Assembly: GCA_965235115.1 (NCBI GenBank)
Contig: OZ249451.1
Coordinates: 2,666,001 to 2,730,000 of the forward strand
Source: Laetmonice hystrix
Lineage: Eukaryota
Length of the DNA stretch: 64,000 bases
Direction: 5' to 3'
Below are positions 12,397-24,913 of this stretch, in pieces (positions within the stretch are counted from its first letter, which is position 1; each line of letters opens with the position of its first letter). The position numbers and the translations under genes were made by a program. A model generated the notes under the pieces. The model saw only the letters and a list, made by a program, of their open reading frames with translations, ran no database searches and was not told the DNA's origin.

Positions 12397-12601
12397 TTAC
12401 ACAGGGAAATAAGGTGTTAGGGTAAGCGACCCTATTGGGTCCCTCCTCTGTTGGTGGGTTAGCCGTCGGCTTTCTGTCTGTTGAATGAAGGTAAACCATG
12501 TGCTTGCCATGAAATCCACCTTAATGAAGTCTGTTTTTGTCAAGCCATTAACCTGTTTTATCGCGTCAAGAGCCGTCCTTGTGCGATATTTAGATCGAAC
12601 C
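12397..12601 (-). CDS. Candidate terminal exon, VRSKYRTRTALDAIKQVNGLTKTDFIKVDFMASTWFTFIQQ...YFPV*
   Basis: Strong acceptor ttccattttctacag; the only frame open from the acceptor; phase-compatible with 13084-13127 in one reading. Confidence 0.3.
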
Positions 12602-13083
12602 CTGTAGAAAATGGAAAGCATGAGATATAATACGTAGAAAGCAATCAAACAGACAGGGTTGTGTTATGTAGGAGTAGAGTCCGGCGGGCAAGGCCACCTT
12701 GCCCTGTCGACCTATTAAAATGACAGGCTGGTTTTGGATATTGATCGAAGGACGTTTGTCCACATAAAAGCCCGACCTTGGCCAGGTATTGACGTTCACC
12801 TTTCAACTATAAATTCCCGAAGGGCGATGGCTGTAGAATAATGACGACCGCGGAGCCAGGCTGTGTCTCGTCATTAAAGGTCGCTGCTACAAGATCTCTC
12901 ATACATCGACTAGTCAGTATATCATATAGCAATGATACCCGATATAGAAATAGACATTCGACATCATTTCATGTCATTTCGAGAGCTATCAGTTGGAGCA
13001 GTTCGAGTTGATATCTCTGGGGAGGTAATTTACACGGGTTGTCCCTGCGTCTGTGGTGTTCTGGTTTCATGGTACTAACTCAC

Positions 13084-13127
13084 CTTATAGATACCATAAC
13101 AGTTGTGATGTCCATACCAACCACAAC
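13084..13127 (-). CDS. Candidate 44-nt exon (VVVGMDITTVMVSIR or GCGWYGHHNCYGIYK)
   Basis: Consensus donor AAG|GTGAGT at 13083; weak acceptor ggcag; frame ambiguous. Confidence 0.3.
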
Positions 13128-13987
13128 CTGCCATTCCCACCCAGAGTATACAGGCAGGTAAGCACGGTGCGCAGTGCCACAGGTTTGTTAACGCGTTTAC
13201 AAATAGGCCATCTTGGTTGACGACCCACAGGGGAAGTGTTAAGGAGGCCTGCACTGGCCCTGCCCGCACCAGGCGGGCACAAAATGGGCATAGCCCTGGC
13301 CCGCCGGCCGGCCGGCCCAGCCCTGCCCGCCTGTCGTTTACAGCTCGTATCTCACTACCCTTTCCAGCCTTTATACTCGGTAATATGCCGGTATAAGAAA
13401 CGCTAGATCATCCCAAGCAATCCTCTGGTAACGGCAGCTGCCGTTAACTTCTATTTCCATATTGACACGGGTCTTTGAGAAAGAACGCTGTAGTTGTGGG
13501 TAGCCTGCAAAACAGGCCTCTTTCGTGAGTAGTATACGGCGACCGGTCCGTAAATAGGCTGGGCCAGCTCGTCCGGGGTAAGTGGGGGTTCGCGTGCACG
13601 GCCAAGCTCTGGGCGTCGGTTGTGAAATAGTAACGGTAGTTCACGGTAGGTGGCGTTAATTGTAAGTGCAGCAGGGAATGCCGCCATGACAGTCACTGTA
13701 ATGTCGGACTGACACGGAGGGTTTATTGCACATTATACGAGTAAATCTAGATGTAATACAGAATATTACCCGCTTTAGGCAAAACGTTGTAATTTATATT
13801 ATCAGTAATATTTACACAGGACGCCATGGTTATCATGTAATTCAGACAGCGGAGTTTTCGGATCATGATGGTTATTACATGTCAGCGAATGATTTGTGAA
13901 TTAGATCCTCAACCGTTTTGTATTCAGTAATCACAGTCCCTCGCAGCCGCCTTGCGGCAGGGATGGTTATGAACTCGGCTACAAAAA

Positions 13988-14165
13988 TGTGAACCCGGGA
14001 ATAACAGTGTGAACCTAGGAACAAATTGTGAACTTGGGAACAAATGTGTGTGAACCAAGGAACAGATGTGTGAACCTGGGAACAAATGTGTGTGAACCAA
14101 GGAACAAATATGTGTGAACCAAGGAACAGATGTGTGAACCAAGGAACAAATGTGTGTGAACCAGG
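13988..14165. repeat. Degenerate 19-23 bp minisatellite
   Basis: gtgtgaaccaaggaacaaat variants. Confidence 0.9.
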
Positions 14166-14464
14166 GAAGGAAGAAAAAAACACATTTTTACCCCCAACCT
14201 GAGTGTGTTAGAGAAAAGAATCCCCCATCGCCACCCCCTCAAACCCGGGCGTGTTAGAGAAAAGAACCCCCCATCGCCAGTTTCATCCAGTGTGTTAGCT
14301 GCCTTGTTTCCCCCAGGTCCCAGCCGTTAATAATACATGCCGATGAGGGACCTCTGACATGTAAACCATACCCAGACACCGTGCCCGCTCAACACACTGT
14401 TACCGCCTTGTTTCACGGCAGGACTAATTTACTTAATGGATAAATACGGAACCGTCCTGGTAAA

Positions 14465-14884
14465 GTGGACAGGTCGTTAACGTTAATACAATGGGCGCGA
14501 ACAGAGATTGTTCCGTACACCCTTACTGTCACACGGTCCTATTGTACAGTGGACAGGTCGTTAACGTTAATACAATGGGCGCGAACAGAGATTGTTCCGT
14601 ACACCCTTACTGTTACACGGTCCTGTTGTACAGTGGACAGGTCGTTAACGTTAGTACAATGGGCGCGAACAGAGATTGTTCCGTACACCCTTACTGTTAC
14701 ACCGTCCTATTGTACAGTGGACAGGTCGTTAACGTTAATACAATGGGCGCGAACAGAGATTGTTCCGTACACCCTTACTGTTACACGGTCCTATTGTACA
14801 GTGGACAGGTCGTTAACGTTAATACAATGGGCGCGAACAGAGATTGTTCCGTACACCCTTACTGTTACATGGTCCTATTGTACA
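14465..14884. repeat. 84-bp minisatellite, 5 copies
   Basis: gtggacaggtcg starts at 14465, 14549, 14633, 14717, 14801. Confidence 0.96.
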
Positions 14885-15600
14885 GTCACACAGGAGGAGA
14901 TCGTATTGTACAGTCACGCAGGAGGAGGTCGTATTGTACAGTCACGCAGGAGGAGGTCGTATTGTACAGTCACACAGGAGGAGATCGTATTGTACAGTCA
15001 CACAGGAGGAGGTCGTATTGTACAGTCACACAGGAGGAGGTCGTATTGTACAGTCACACAGGAGGAGATCGTATTGTACAGTCACACAGGAGAACACGGC
15101 CTTACACATTGACACAGGAGGAGGTCGTATTGTACAGTCACACAGGAGGAGGTCGTATTGTACAGTTACACAAGAGGAGGTCGTATTGTACAATCACACA
15201 GGAGGAGGTCGTATTGTACAGTCACACAGGAGGAGGTCGTATTGTACAGTCACACAGGAGGAGGTCGTATTGTACAGTCACACAGGAGGAGGTCGTATTG
15301 TACAGTCACACAGGAGGAGATCGTATTGTACAGTCACACAGGAGGAGGTCGTATTGTACAGTCACACAGGAGGAGATCGTATTGTACAGTCACACAGGAG
15401 GAGGTCGTATTGTACAGTCACACAGGAGGAGGTCGTATTGTACAGTTACACAGGAGGAGGTCGTATTGTACAGTCACACAGGAGGCGATCGTATTGTACA
15501 GTCACACAGGAGGAGGTCGCATTGTACAGTCACACAGGAGGAGGTCGCATTGTACAGTCACACAGGAGGAGGTCGTATTGTACAGTCACACAGGAGGAGG
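14870..15600. repeat. 28-bp minisatellite, ~26 copies
   Basis: Unit gtcgtattgtacagtcacacaggaggag. Confidence 0.97.
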
Positions 15601-15822
15601 CGAACCTCTAATGTATTGTACCATATTACAATACGGCTCGACAGGTTTCACCGGGGATTTACGTTTCAGCCTTGTCGCCCCGTATACTGAAGACTAAGAG
15701 AAAGAAATGGGAAAGAAGAAGACAATTTGTCAGGAAGAAGGTTGCGTACTTAGATTCATCATGGCAATGAAGCAGTTCTTTTTTTTGTTTTCCGCTAATT
15801 TAAAGTCAGTCTAAGACAAGTA

Positions 15823-16085
15823 CCTCGCTGAGATGATCAACTCTATATGGTACCACACCGTCCTGACGCTATGATTGGCCCTCCTCGCTGAGATGATCAA
15901 CTCTATTATGGTACCACACCGTCCTGACGCTATGATTGGCGCTCCTCGCTGAGATGATCAACTCTATTATGGTACCACACCGTCCTGACGCTATGATTGG
16001 CGCTCCTCGCTGAGATGATCAACTCTATTATGGTACCACACCGTCCTGACGCTATGATTGGCCCTCCTCGCCGAGATGATCAACT
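15823..16085. repeat. ~60-bp minisatellite, array A (~4.3 copies)
   Basis: cctcgctgagatgatcaactctattatggtaccacaccgtcctgacgctatgattggc. Confidence 0.95.
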
Positions 16086-17103
16086 AAAACGGCCAGGTTG
16101 TTCCGAGAAGTTTAGAGAGGATGTTTCAGCGTTTTCACAACTCCTCGGAAACAGCGGGGACTTGCGGACGCACCTGTTCACCTCTGTCCGCTGTGTCTGA
16201 GTTGAAAGGTTGTTGATACTCTAGTGTCTTCACAGCTTACCCAATAGTCGTACAGAGACAGGGCGCGGCTCGATAAACAATCAAAAATTACAACAACATG
16301 AACGAAAATCAGATGATACTCCTTCGACCAAAACGGTGGGGGTCTTTCTACCCGGCTGAGGCGGATAATAGGATGAGTTCACCGACTACAGTCTCCCCAA
16401 TAAGGCAGGTGCCCTCCTTTGACAACATTGAAATTTGCATCAAAGATGTAAATGGTTAAGGCCATCTGAAAGGCGCTGCGCACTCGGTCCATCCAGACAA
16501 TGCCAGCTGTAACAGTAAGACACTGTGTTGTGGATGCATACATGTTCTTTACGATAACATACTCCACACGACGGCAGATGGGATCGGCGGTGAGTGATCA
16601 GATATCTGTAAGTAAATGTATATGCTACAGAGGAAAGTTATCCAACTACAAAGTTCTGTGATATACTGATTATAGCTATGTGCATCCATTAGGTATTCGT
16701 GCAGAAAGCAGTTCATATCTTACAGGTCTATGGTAGACCTATGGAGCATATTATGGAATCGACCAGTATGGGAATCAGTTATTGTTTCGCCAATGAAACC
16801 TTGCGAACTATCATGTTTACCTGTGAGCTCGCGCCTTCTGCACTAAGAGCTGGATGTACCTTGCGCACGCGTATCGCACCGTTTTATTAGCCACTTCCGG
16901 TGTCTACTCTCGGTGTGCGTGACCGGGCGAGATTGGGAGCGGGAGTTGGTCAGAGTGTTTCCGACCATTGCGTGCGTCAGGTCAGGTAGCTCTGGGTGAA
17001 CTGTCCACAGTGGCGGGCTGAGTGGAGGCAGGGCAGAGGGTGCGCCTCTTAAAGTGCTGTCTCATCGATAACAGATCACCTGACAATTTGAGCGGCGCGG
17101 AAA

Positions 17104-17800
17104 AATTGGCTCTCCTCGCCTAGATTAGCAGCTCCCTGGTACCACACCGTCCTGACGCTAAGATTGGCCCTCCTCGCCGAGATGATCAACTCTATGGTAC
17201 CGCACCGTCCTGACGCTAAGATTGGCCCTCCTCGCCGAGATGATCAACTCTATATGGTACCACACCGTCCTGACGCTAAGATTGGCCCTCCTCGCTGAGA
17301 TGATCAACTCTATATGGTACCACACCGTCCTGACGCTATGATTGGCCCTCCTCGCCGAGATGATCAACTCTATGGTACCACACCGTCCTGACGCTAAGAT
17401 TGGCCCTCCTCGCTGAGATGAACAACTCTATGTTACCGCACCGTCCTGACGCTAAGATTGGCCCTCCTCGCTGAGATGATCAACTCTATATGGTACCACA
17501 CCGTCCTGACGCTAAGATTGGCCCTCCTCGCCGAGATGATCAACTCTATATGGTACCACACCGTCCTGACGCTAAGATTGGCCCTCCTCGCTGAGATGAT
17601 CAACTCTATATGGTACCGCGCCGTCCTGACGCTAAGATTGGCCCTCCTCGCTGAGATGATCAACTCTATATGGTACCACACCGTCCTGACGCTAAGATTG
17701 GCCCTCCTCGCCGAGATGATCAACTCTATTATGGTACCACACCGTCCTGACGCTAAGATTGTCCCTCCTCGCTGAGATGATCAACTCTATAATGTACCCA
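17104..17800. repeat. ~60-bp minisatellite, array B (~11.5 copies), same family as 15823-16085
   Basis: Same unit and orientation; exact 60-bp period at 17461/17521/17581. Confidence 0.96.
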
Positions 17801-18321
17801 CCTTCTTGACCGTCTCTGTCCCCAGTTTCAATAGATCTTCGCTTTTTGAGCGAGATAAAGAAAGCGATCAACTGGATTCCTCGTATTGCTTATATATCCT
17901 CACACATTGGTTGAGAGAATATTGCACCCAAACCAGTGGTTATAGTGGCACCTGTCTTCAAATATATCATTTTGTCAGTTTTATTGATATCAATAAGACA
18001 ACCCTCAGAAGGTTTTGTTAGAATTTGTGGTGTCCATACAGCTTTTTTTAATCTGTATACTTGGAACATTGACCTATTCATTTTGGTCGCTCAGATGTGC
18101 CGTAGCCTTGGGCCGGCGCGTTCCCACGGGTAGATCAGTATCGACAGAACGCTGGGGTGTCAGGATAACTGTAAGACGGCACTCGGCCAGCCAGCAATGA
18201 GACGGCTCGAGAGGGATCATCCGGTCACCGTGGATAATCAGGGGTTCATCCCGGGATTAAACTTAATCCGCTGCCCGCCGCTCCGCCTTCCGAACACAGT
18301 CACATGTCGGCAGTGATCGCC

Positions 18322-19117
18322 GTCCGTCGGTCTGTGGGTGTGTCGGGGAGTGGGGGTGTCGGTGGGTGGGTGGGCCTGTCGGTCTGTGGGTGTTTCGGGG
18401 TGTGGGGGTGTGGGTGGGTGGGTGGGTGGGCCTGTCGGTCTGTGGGTGTGTCGGTGGGTGGGTGGGCCTGTCGGTCTGTGGGTGCATGGGTGTGCCGGTC
18501 TGTGGGTGGGTGGGCCTGTCGGTCTGTGGGTGTGTCGGGGTGTGGGGGTGTCGGTGGGTGGGTGGGCCTGTCGGTCTGTGGGGGTGTCGGTGGGTGGGTG
18601 GGCATGTCGGTCTGTGGGTGTGTCAGGGTGTGGGGGTGTCGGTGGGTGGGTGGGCCTGTCGGTCTGTGGGTGTGTCGGGGTGTGGGGTGTCGGTGGGTGG
18701 GTGGGCCTGTCGGTCTGTGGGTGTGTCGGGGTGTGGGGGTGTCGGTGGGTGGGTGGGCCTGTCGGTCTGTGGGTGTGTCGGTCTGTCGATGGGTGGGTGG
18801 GCCTGTCGGTCTGTGGGTGTGTCGGGGTGTGGGTTGTCGGTGGGTGGGTGGGCCTGTCGGTCTGTGGGTGTGTCGGGGTGTGGGGGTGTCGGTGGGTGGG
18901 TGGGCCTGTCGGTCTGTGGGTGTGTCGGTCTGTCGATGGGTGGGTGGGCCTGTCGGTCTGTGGGTGTGTGGGTGGGTCGTACTGTCGATGGGTGGGTGGG
19001 CCTGTCGGTCTGTGGGTGTGTCGGTCTGTCGATGGGTGGGTGGGCCTGTCGGTCTGTGGGTGTGTGGGTGGGTCGTACTGTCGATGGGTGGGTGGGCCTG
19101 TCGGTCTGTGGGTGCAT
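18322..19117. repeat. Complex G/T-rich tandem repeat
   Basis: Core gggtgggtgggcctgtcggtctgtgggtg with variable linkers. Confidence 0.95.
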
Positions 19118-19407
19118 ACGAATCCAGCAAAAACCTAGCGGGCCATGGTGCTGTACGCCTTCCCGTCGTATATTGTCAGTTCATAGCCGTACGATCCAAT
19201 ACAGTAGTAAGGTCGATACTAAAACATGTTTGAATACGTTTCTGACCGTATTGGGATAGTTGAGAACACAAAAGAGTTGAAGTCGTCTTTGTTTGGTGTT
19301 GTGGGTGCATGGGTGGATCGGTCTGTCGATGGGTACAGACGGACATTTTATCACACTCAACACAAAACTTGTAATTATAAATACAGGGGTTGTCGGGGTG
19401 TGTTCCG

Positions 19408-19600
19408 GCTAGATATGTCCGAACGGCTAGTTATGTCCGACAGGAGATATGTCCGCAAACATGAGCTAGATGTGTCCGGAGAAATTGATATGTCCGCAAA
19501 TATCAGCTAGATGTGTCCGGAGAAATTGATATGTCCGCAAATATCAGCTAGATGTGTCCGGAGAAATTGATATGTCCGCAAATATCAGCTAGATGTGTAC
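19408..19600. repeat. 41-bp tandem repeat (gatatgtccgcaaa family), array A
   Basis: gatatgtccgcaaatatcagctagatgtgtccggagaaatt x~3 plus degenerate lead-in. Confidence 0.9.
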
Positions 19601-20635
19601 TGCCGGTCTCGCTCAGCCTTGGCATATCCATTTTAATACATTGCTGAAACTAGAAGAAAATACTGGAACAATTGAAAAGTTAACATCGTTTTGGTAATAG
19701 GCCACATTATTTCGGCTCATTCAGCCCCTCCCAGATCAATGGGAGAATGAGAATGGGAGGCGAGAGCAAGAAAAATTGAGAACAACTAAAAAATCAGGGA
19801 TTGGTCTGACTTTTTAGGGTCCAAGTCCTAACGTTCGTATCTGGCGCCTGGAGACACACGATAGCCCATTGAGAGTCAACTGGTTTGGAACCTTGCCGCA
19901 GTTTGATCACACTGACGGGGTACGGGTTCTATTTCTAGAACCCTTTTAGAAGAGTTGTCCACGGATCTTCGAGTTACACCCTCACCTCTCCCTCGTGGAC
20001 ACCAACCGAGCCGAACTCTTCGTACTGTCAGGTTTTCAACAGCGTCTGTTTCCAGACTACGACCGAACGTGGAGACCCGAGTCTCGCCTTTCCTAGACAG
20101 TTGTACAGTGTACTAATTGCTTTATATACACACCCTGTTGGTCGGGTACCAAAGGACAGGTGTGATAGACACAGCACAGGGGTTGATCACAGTATTAAAC
20201 TATATCTCAGCGAAATCACAAACCTTAAGGTAGTGCACCTTGTAGATAAACATTTAAGCCTAATTTTACAAATGCATTTGTCTTGGTTCTTAATATTTGG
20301 TTTAGTGAAAATCAAAGAAACTTGTATACATCCAGGCAACAACCACCCATGCCACCGTCCTATAGACGAAGGCGACACCAAGCGCCAATAGAGGTTATGC
20401 AGTGACGTCATTTGGAGGGAAACAGCCTGTTTATGTTTATGTGCATGGGCATTGGCGGAGTCGGGTCACGGTTCATTGGTTTCTATTGTCCAGGGCCTAT
20501 TTATAAATGTACCTCGGTTTCTTGTCCCTCCAAAATACGTCACCTGCATGACCTCAATATCCACATTGCAGGTATTGGTGGTATCTGTGATGGATGCTGC
20601 CATCTGGTGGTCAGTTTTATATAGGCGCAATCTAG

Positions 20636-20775
20636 AGGATAATCTGGATATGTCCGCAAATGTCAGCTAAATGTGTCCGGTAATCTGGATATGTCCACAA
20701 GCGTCAACTAAATGTGTCCGGTAATCCGGATATGTCCGCAAATATCTGATGTTTGCGGACATATCGGACGTATGT
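20636..20775. repeat. 41-bp tandem repeat, array B of the same family, ending in a hairpin
   Basis: ctggatatgtccgcaaatgtcagctaaatgtgtccggtaat x~2.5; 14-bp perfect stem at 20729-20765. Confidence 0.85.
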
Positions 20776-21493
20776 GTAGCAAGGCTGACCTGCCAAACAG
20801 AGCATTACATCGTTCTGGAAGTTTCGCTATACTTTCTGACTCAGAGATCCTCTACAGTTGGCTTAACCTTTTCCCAAAACCAATCGGCTTTTCCGTGACA
20901 TGACGTGTGATGACACCAAACTCATGTCCGAAACGTACGCGTCATTCTGGAACCCACTGTATAGAATCTACCAGTTCTACTTGTCGCCCGTGGATTCCAA
21001 CTTCAATATGTTCGTGTTGATCGGACGAGTGGGGCTGTGGGAACTCTCGACAGCGACTTCACTGACTCCTGTCGTGTCAGTTCGCAATCTTCTATTGGTT
21101 TGGAGCTGCTATATAGACAGATATCAGGTGGCGTGCAGCCGCACATTTTGTTAAACGTTACACATTGTGACGTCATATCCAGACAAACTGTCGCAAAGGG
21201 TAGAAGTCTAGCCATATTATTCAACCAGATATACTTGGGATAGATTTCTACAATAACAAGAGGCTATTGTTCAACTGGCTGTGAATGTTATATGAGGCTG
21301 TACAGCAAATGTTCCAGCCAGGAATTAGAGTTATTCCTTGAACAATTGCAGGACACAATGTGGCCGGGAAAACGTCATCGGCTAGGTTTATAGACTCATA
21401 TGGGGTTGTCAGTCTTAAAGGAAGCTTAAACACGATAACATACTAAAAGTTTTGAAAATACTTTTACTTCTTCTGGTCGAGGTGTCAGCCTAC

Positions 21494-21712
21494 CTTGTTT
21501 AGGTTAAACCGCTGCATGATGGCCTGTGTCCCGGTTCGTGCGCGCCACCTGGCGTGAGGTTTAGCCAGAGCCGTAATGATACCTGGCTGTGTACCATGAG
21601 CCTCACCACGGAGGACAGTGCGTGTAGTGACGATATTTACATCAGCCTCCGCCTCCCGCCTCCCGCTTCCCGCCGCTCGCCGACCGCCGTCCGCCTCCCT
21701 GGCTAAATTCAT
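21494..21712 (-). CDS. Candidate first coding exon, MNLAREADGG...QAIMQRFNLNK
   Basis: ATG at 21712, 73 open codons through a GC-rich tract, donor AAG|GTAGGC in phase 0. Confidence 0.25.
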
Positions 21713-22025
21713 TTATCTCCCTAATCAGGCGCCCTCACCCAACGCTATCTCCACGTGCCTTAATCTCTGCTCCACCACTTTTTCTATAGGTACGACTGCC
21801 TCGCCCGCCCGAGTAACATCCCGAGAAAGCACTGGCTTAAACCGTAATGAACGGTAATTAGATGAACATGTCAAAGCTTTCATTTTAATGAGACTTAGGG
21901 TCCTCTAAATCCCCTCCGTTCTTACCGCCAGAGCCACTCAACGGCCTGTCCATTGTGACGTCACCGGTGTAACGGGTGGAGCTGTGGGAATGAGTTCCAC
22001 AATCTTTCACCGTTTTACCACTTAC

Positions 22026-22040
22026 CTCCTACTCGGAGGT
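22026..22040 (-). other. Candidate 15-nt microexon ACCTCCGAGTAGGAG
   Basis: Acceptor gtctccttcaccatatag directly followed by consensus donor GAG|GTAAGT. Confidence 0.25.
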
Positions 22041-23070
22041 CTATATGGTGAAGGAGACTACATACACTTAGGGACCTATGTAAAGGAGTTTATGGATGAC
22101 CGTGCGTAGGCCTTATAACCTAGGTCTGCCCCTTAACTGTGATATCTACTGAGATATGGCTCTATAATTTATGGCTAATTGGGCTAATCTGAGGCCAATG
22201 TCTCTGACTTTTTATAGGTATAGGGCCTATGCATACTCTAACATAGTCTGGGGTGGAACCGTGGGGAGGAGGGTACAGCAGGGCTCACAAACCTTAGCCC
22301 TATAACTCCTGGCTGGGGCAACACATAATACGTAGGCCTACACCCCACCAACATCTTAGAGATAATTAATAAATGGCCTTTCATAGCAATCTAACACTTC
22401 ATAGAATCTTAGCACCTTCTAGATGGTGCCTCCCCAGTGTAGTTCCGAAGCGAAGAGGCCTAAGTGTTGAACTTTGACCTCTGAATGAGCAATACTTTCA
22501 TGTAGCCTTTGCATTTTATGGCCGAGATTTCGTATGTATTTCCCATAGGCCACCTCTCGGTTACTTTGACTTTCCAAAATGTCGCCAAAGGAAAGCAATT
22601 GCTGTTGTGGAAATCTACTTGTGGGCTTCGCCCACAAGCCGCTGTTGTTGCGTAAAATTCCATAGTAGTGTGTGGGCAGCCTGCGGGAAGAACTTAGCAT
22701 TTAGATAACCTGGGACGAACTGGGCAAGGATGGTTGGATTGACACCTCGTCAGGCGTCGATAAGATCACAAGAAACGTACCAGTCCACTGACATCTCGCG
22801 TTAGACAACGACCTCAGGCGATCACCTCAGCCTCCCATCCCGATAAGACAGGCGCGACCCCTAACGGCCACAATATTACCCACTCTGAGTGCCCGGATAA
22901 GGAAAAAGGCACGTTGGTTGCAGAAAAAATGCAGATTGGTTCCACGGGCACATTTCGGCTGTTAGATCTGTTGAGGAATACATGCATCTTATCTGGAGAG
23001 GAGAATGATCAGTGAGATAGTTTTGATTCCGCGGAGTATCGTGAATGTAAGGGGTGTGATGTTGTTAGCT

Positions 23071-23106
23071 GGGTGTGGGTGTGGGTGTGGGTGTGGGTGT
23101 GGGTGT
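23071..23106. repeat. (GGGTGT)6 microsatellite, G-quadruplex capable
   Basis: Six perfect units. Confidence 0.9.
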
Positions 23107-23238
23107 GATGAACGGATTGAGTGTGTCTGTGTGTCAGTGTCTGGCACAGACCTTGCCATCACACGTGTAAGCTCTAGCAGTCAGACATTTCACCGGTGAA
23201 TGTTAATGTACCTAGCCAGTTCCATTTTTTTTTCACAG

Positions 23239-23364
23239 ACCTGCAGACAGGTTGGTAATGGATGTGGGGCAGCGACTAGCGTGTTCTCGGGTTGCTATAT
23301 GCTACCTTATTCACACACCTTTCCCGTTCGAAGGACTACGAGTCAGTGTGGAAGTGGGAATATG
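23239..23364 (+). CDS. Candidate 126-nt symmetric exon (PADRLVMDVGQRLACSRVAICYLIHTPFPFEGLRVSVEVGIW, or alternative open frame)
   Basis: Strong acceptor ttccatttttttttcacag; donor TG|GTAAAC; two frames open. Confidence 0.3.
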
Positions 23365-24836
23365 GTAAACGTCAGTGCTCCAGTCTTATATGAATTCCTG
23401 CAATGCTACATGGAAAAAATCCCGAGATATTAAGTATCGTTTCTGTTTGAACAGATAGGGACGCTGCCAATGCCTATGATGTAAAGTTCGGCACGTAGAG
23501 TTAGGCTATTCAAGGGAAATGGCACTTCAATAGTAGCTGCTGATGCCTGTACACTTGTAGTTGTATGTTCGTACCCAAACATTGAACCACTTATCCTAGT
23601 CTGTCCTTGGCTGCTGACAGCAAGGTCAAGATACATGTATATTTGTCATTCGATTCTCCTTTAACACACAAGCTGAATCCCTTGTGATTGGCAGGTCGTT
23701 CCTGAGCTTTGGTATCACACGTGATACGGACCCAATGAATCCGGCACTGAGCCAAGCAAGTATCTTGGACTCCTTAAATCAAGAGGGCTATTCGTGGTCC
23801 CTCCACCAGGTGGCGTTAAGTGTCATCCTGTGTGGTCCGCAGCCGATGGTGGAGAACCCGGATAAAGGCAGTCTTCATTGGCGCATTACTTAAAGTAGGC
23901 TGTGCTGGTCGCTGGCTTCCCGTGAGGAGTCCCGGCCAGGCCCGGCCAGGCGCCCTGGTCTGGGCTGGCCCTATTCCCCCGTTTATTGGCGGCGGTATAA
24001 TGATATAAGATATGACACACCAGGTGTCACGGTTCCTGACAGTTATCCGCTCTTTGTCCCACAGATTTATGGAGCGGACCCCTGAAGCTGACGAGAGGAC
24101 CAAGTATAAGGCAAGGGCAGCGCTTAGCAACTTATTTATAGCTTACAGTTGCAGGTATTGACGGTCGAAGCCCAGGAAAGGCGATCAATGAGAGAGAGAA
24201 AAATCCATTGAAAGCCCCACCATGTTACGGTGTGCAGGGCCCCACTCGGATTATTTCCTCGGAAAGAATCCATAGTGAATTTCCGGGAATTTAGATTCTG
24301 CCTTAGTAGGCCTGTAGATATGTCTTTCCTACAGCCGGCACACTAAGTCCGTCTTCTGCAAAAGAAGGCTCCTATATGCAAATGAAATACAAATTTGCAT
24401 GTTGCCATGACAGGGACATACGTTGCTATCAGAAACAAATGGAGACGCTAATGTAGGTATTAGAAAGACATGACAGGCACGCGACATTATCCTTATCATG
24501 GCAGCGCGGCCTCGGCTGGCGGGATAAAAACATTTCCTTGGGTCGGTTAAAGCGGTTTTTAATAAGATCACATGATATTGTGTGTGTCACGTGACTATAC
24601 ATCATATATCATTGGTTCTATATGTAACTAATGGTAGCGACTGTAAACTGGTGATTGGAGACCCACTCGGGTGATTAAATTTGGTCAATTCTATTTCCTG
24701 CCAGTCTGAAAACAAGCCATCAATCAGACAGACTTGAGATTCGAGTCTCCGGAGCGGAATCTGTCCGAATCTGTGCAGCAGAAACTCAGCGGTTCCAACC
24801 AACTCCTCCGTCATAGGCTCAGAGAAAGCATCTTAC

Positions 24837-24913
24837 AGACGTAGATAAGACACCACTGTGAGGTATTCCTGAAGGCCTGACCTCCACTGGGGGAGTTCCT
24901 GATCAGATATATC
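24837..24913 (-). CDS. Candidate exon, DISDQELPQWRSGLQEYLTVVSYLR
   Basis: Acceptor ttccaactttccacag, donor CT|GTAAGA, open frame. Confidence 0.4.

Noticed and set aside
14465-15697. Overlapping 180-400 aa ORFs
   Set aside because: Stop-free 28/84-bp repeats read in rotating frames; non-coding.
18263-19259. Pro/Thr/His-rich and Gly/Val/Trp-rich ORFs
   Set aside because: Low-complexity GT repeat open in nearly all frames.
21340-21400. Walker A-like GHNVAGKT
   Set aside because: Frame has stops on both sides; one or two such motifs are expected by chance in this much sequence.
23816-24130. Signal-peptide-like LSAALALYLVLSSASG
   Set aside because: Starts at TTG with an upstream in-frame stop and no ATG or convincing acceptor.
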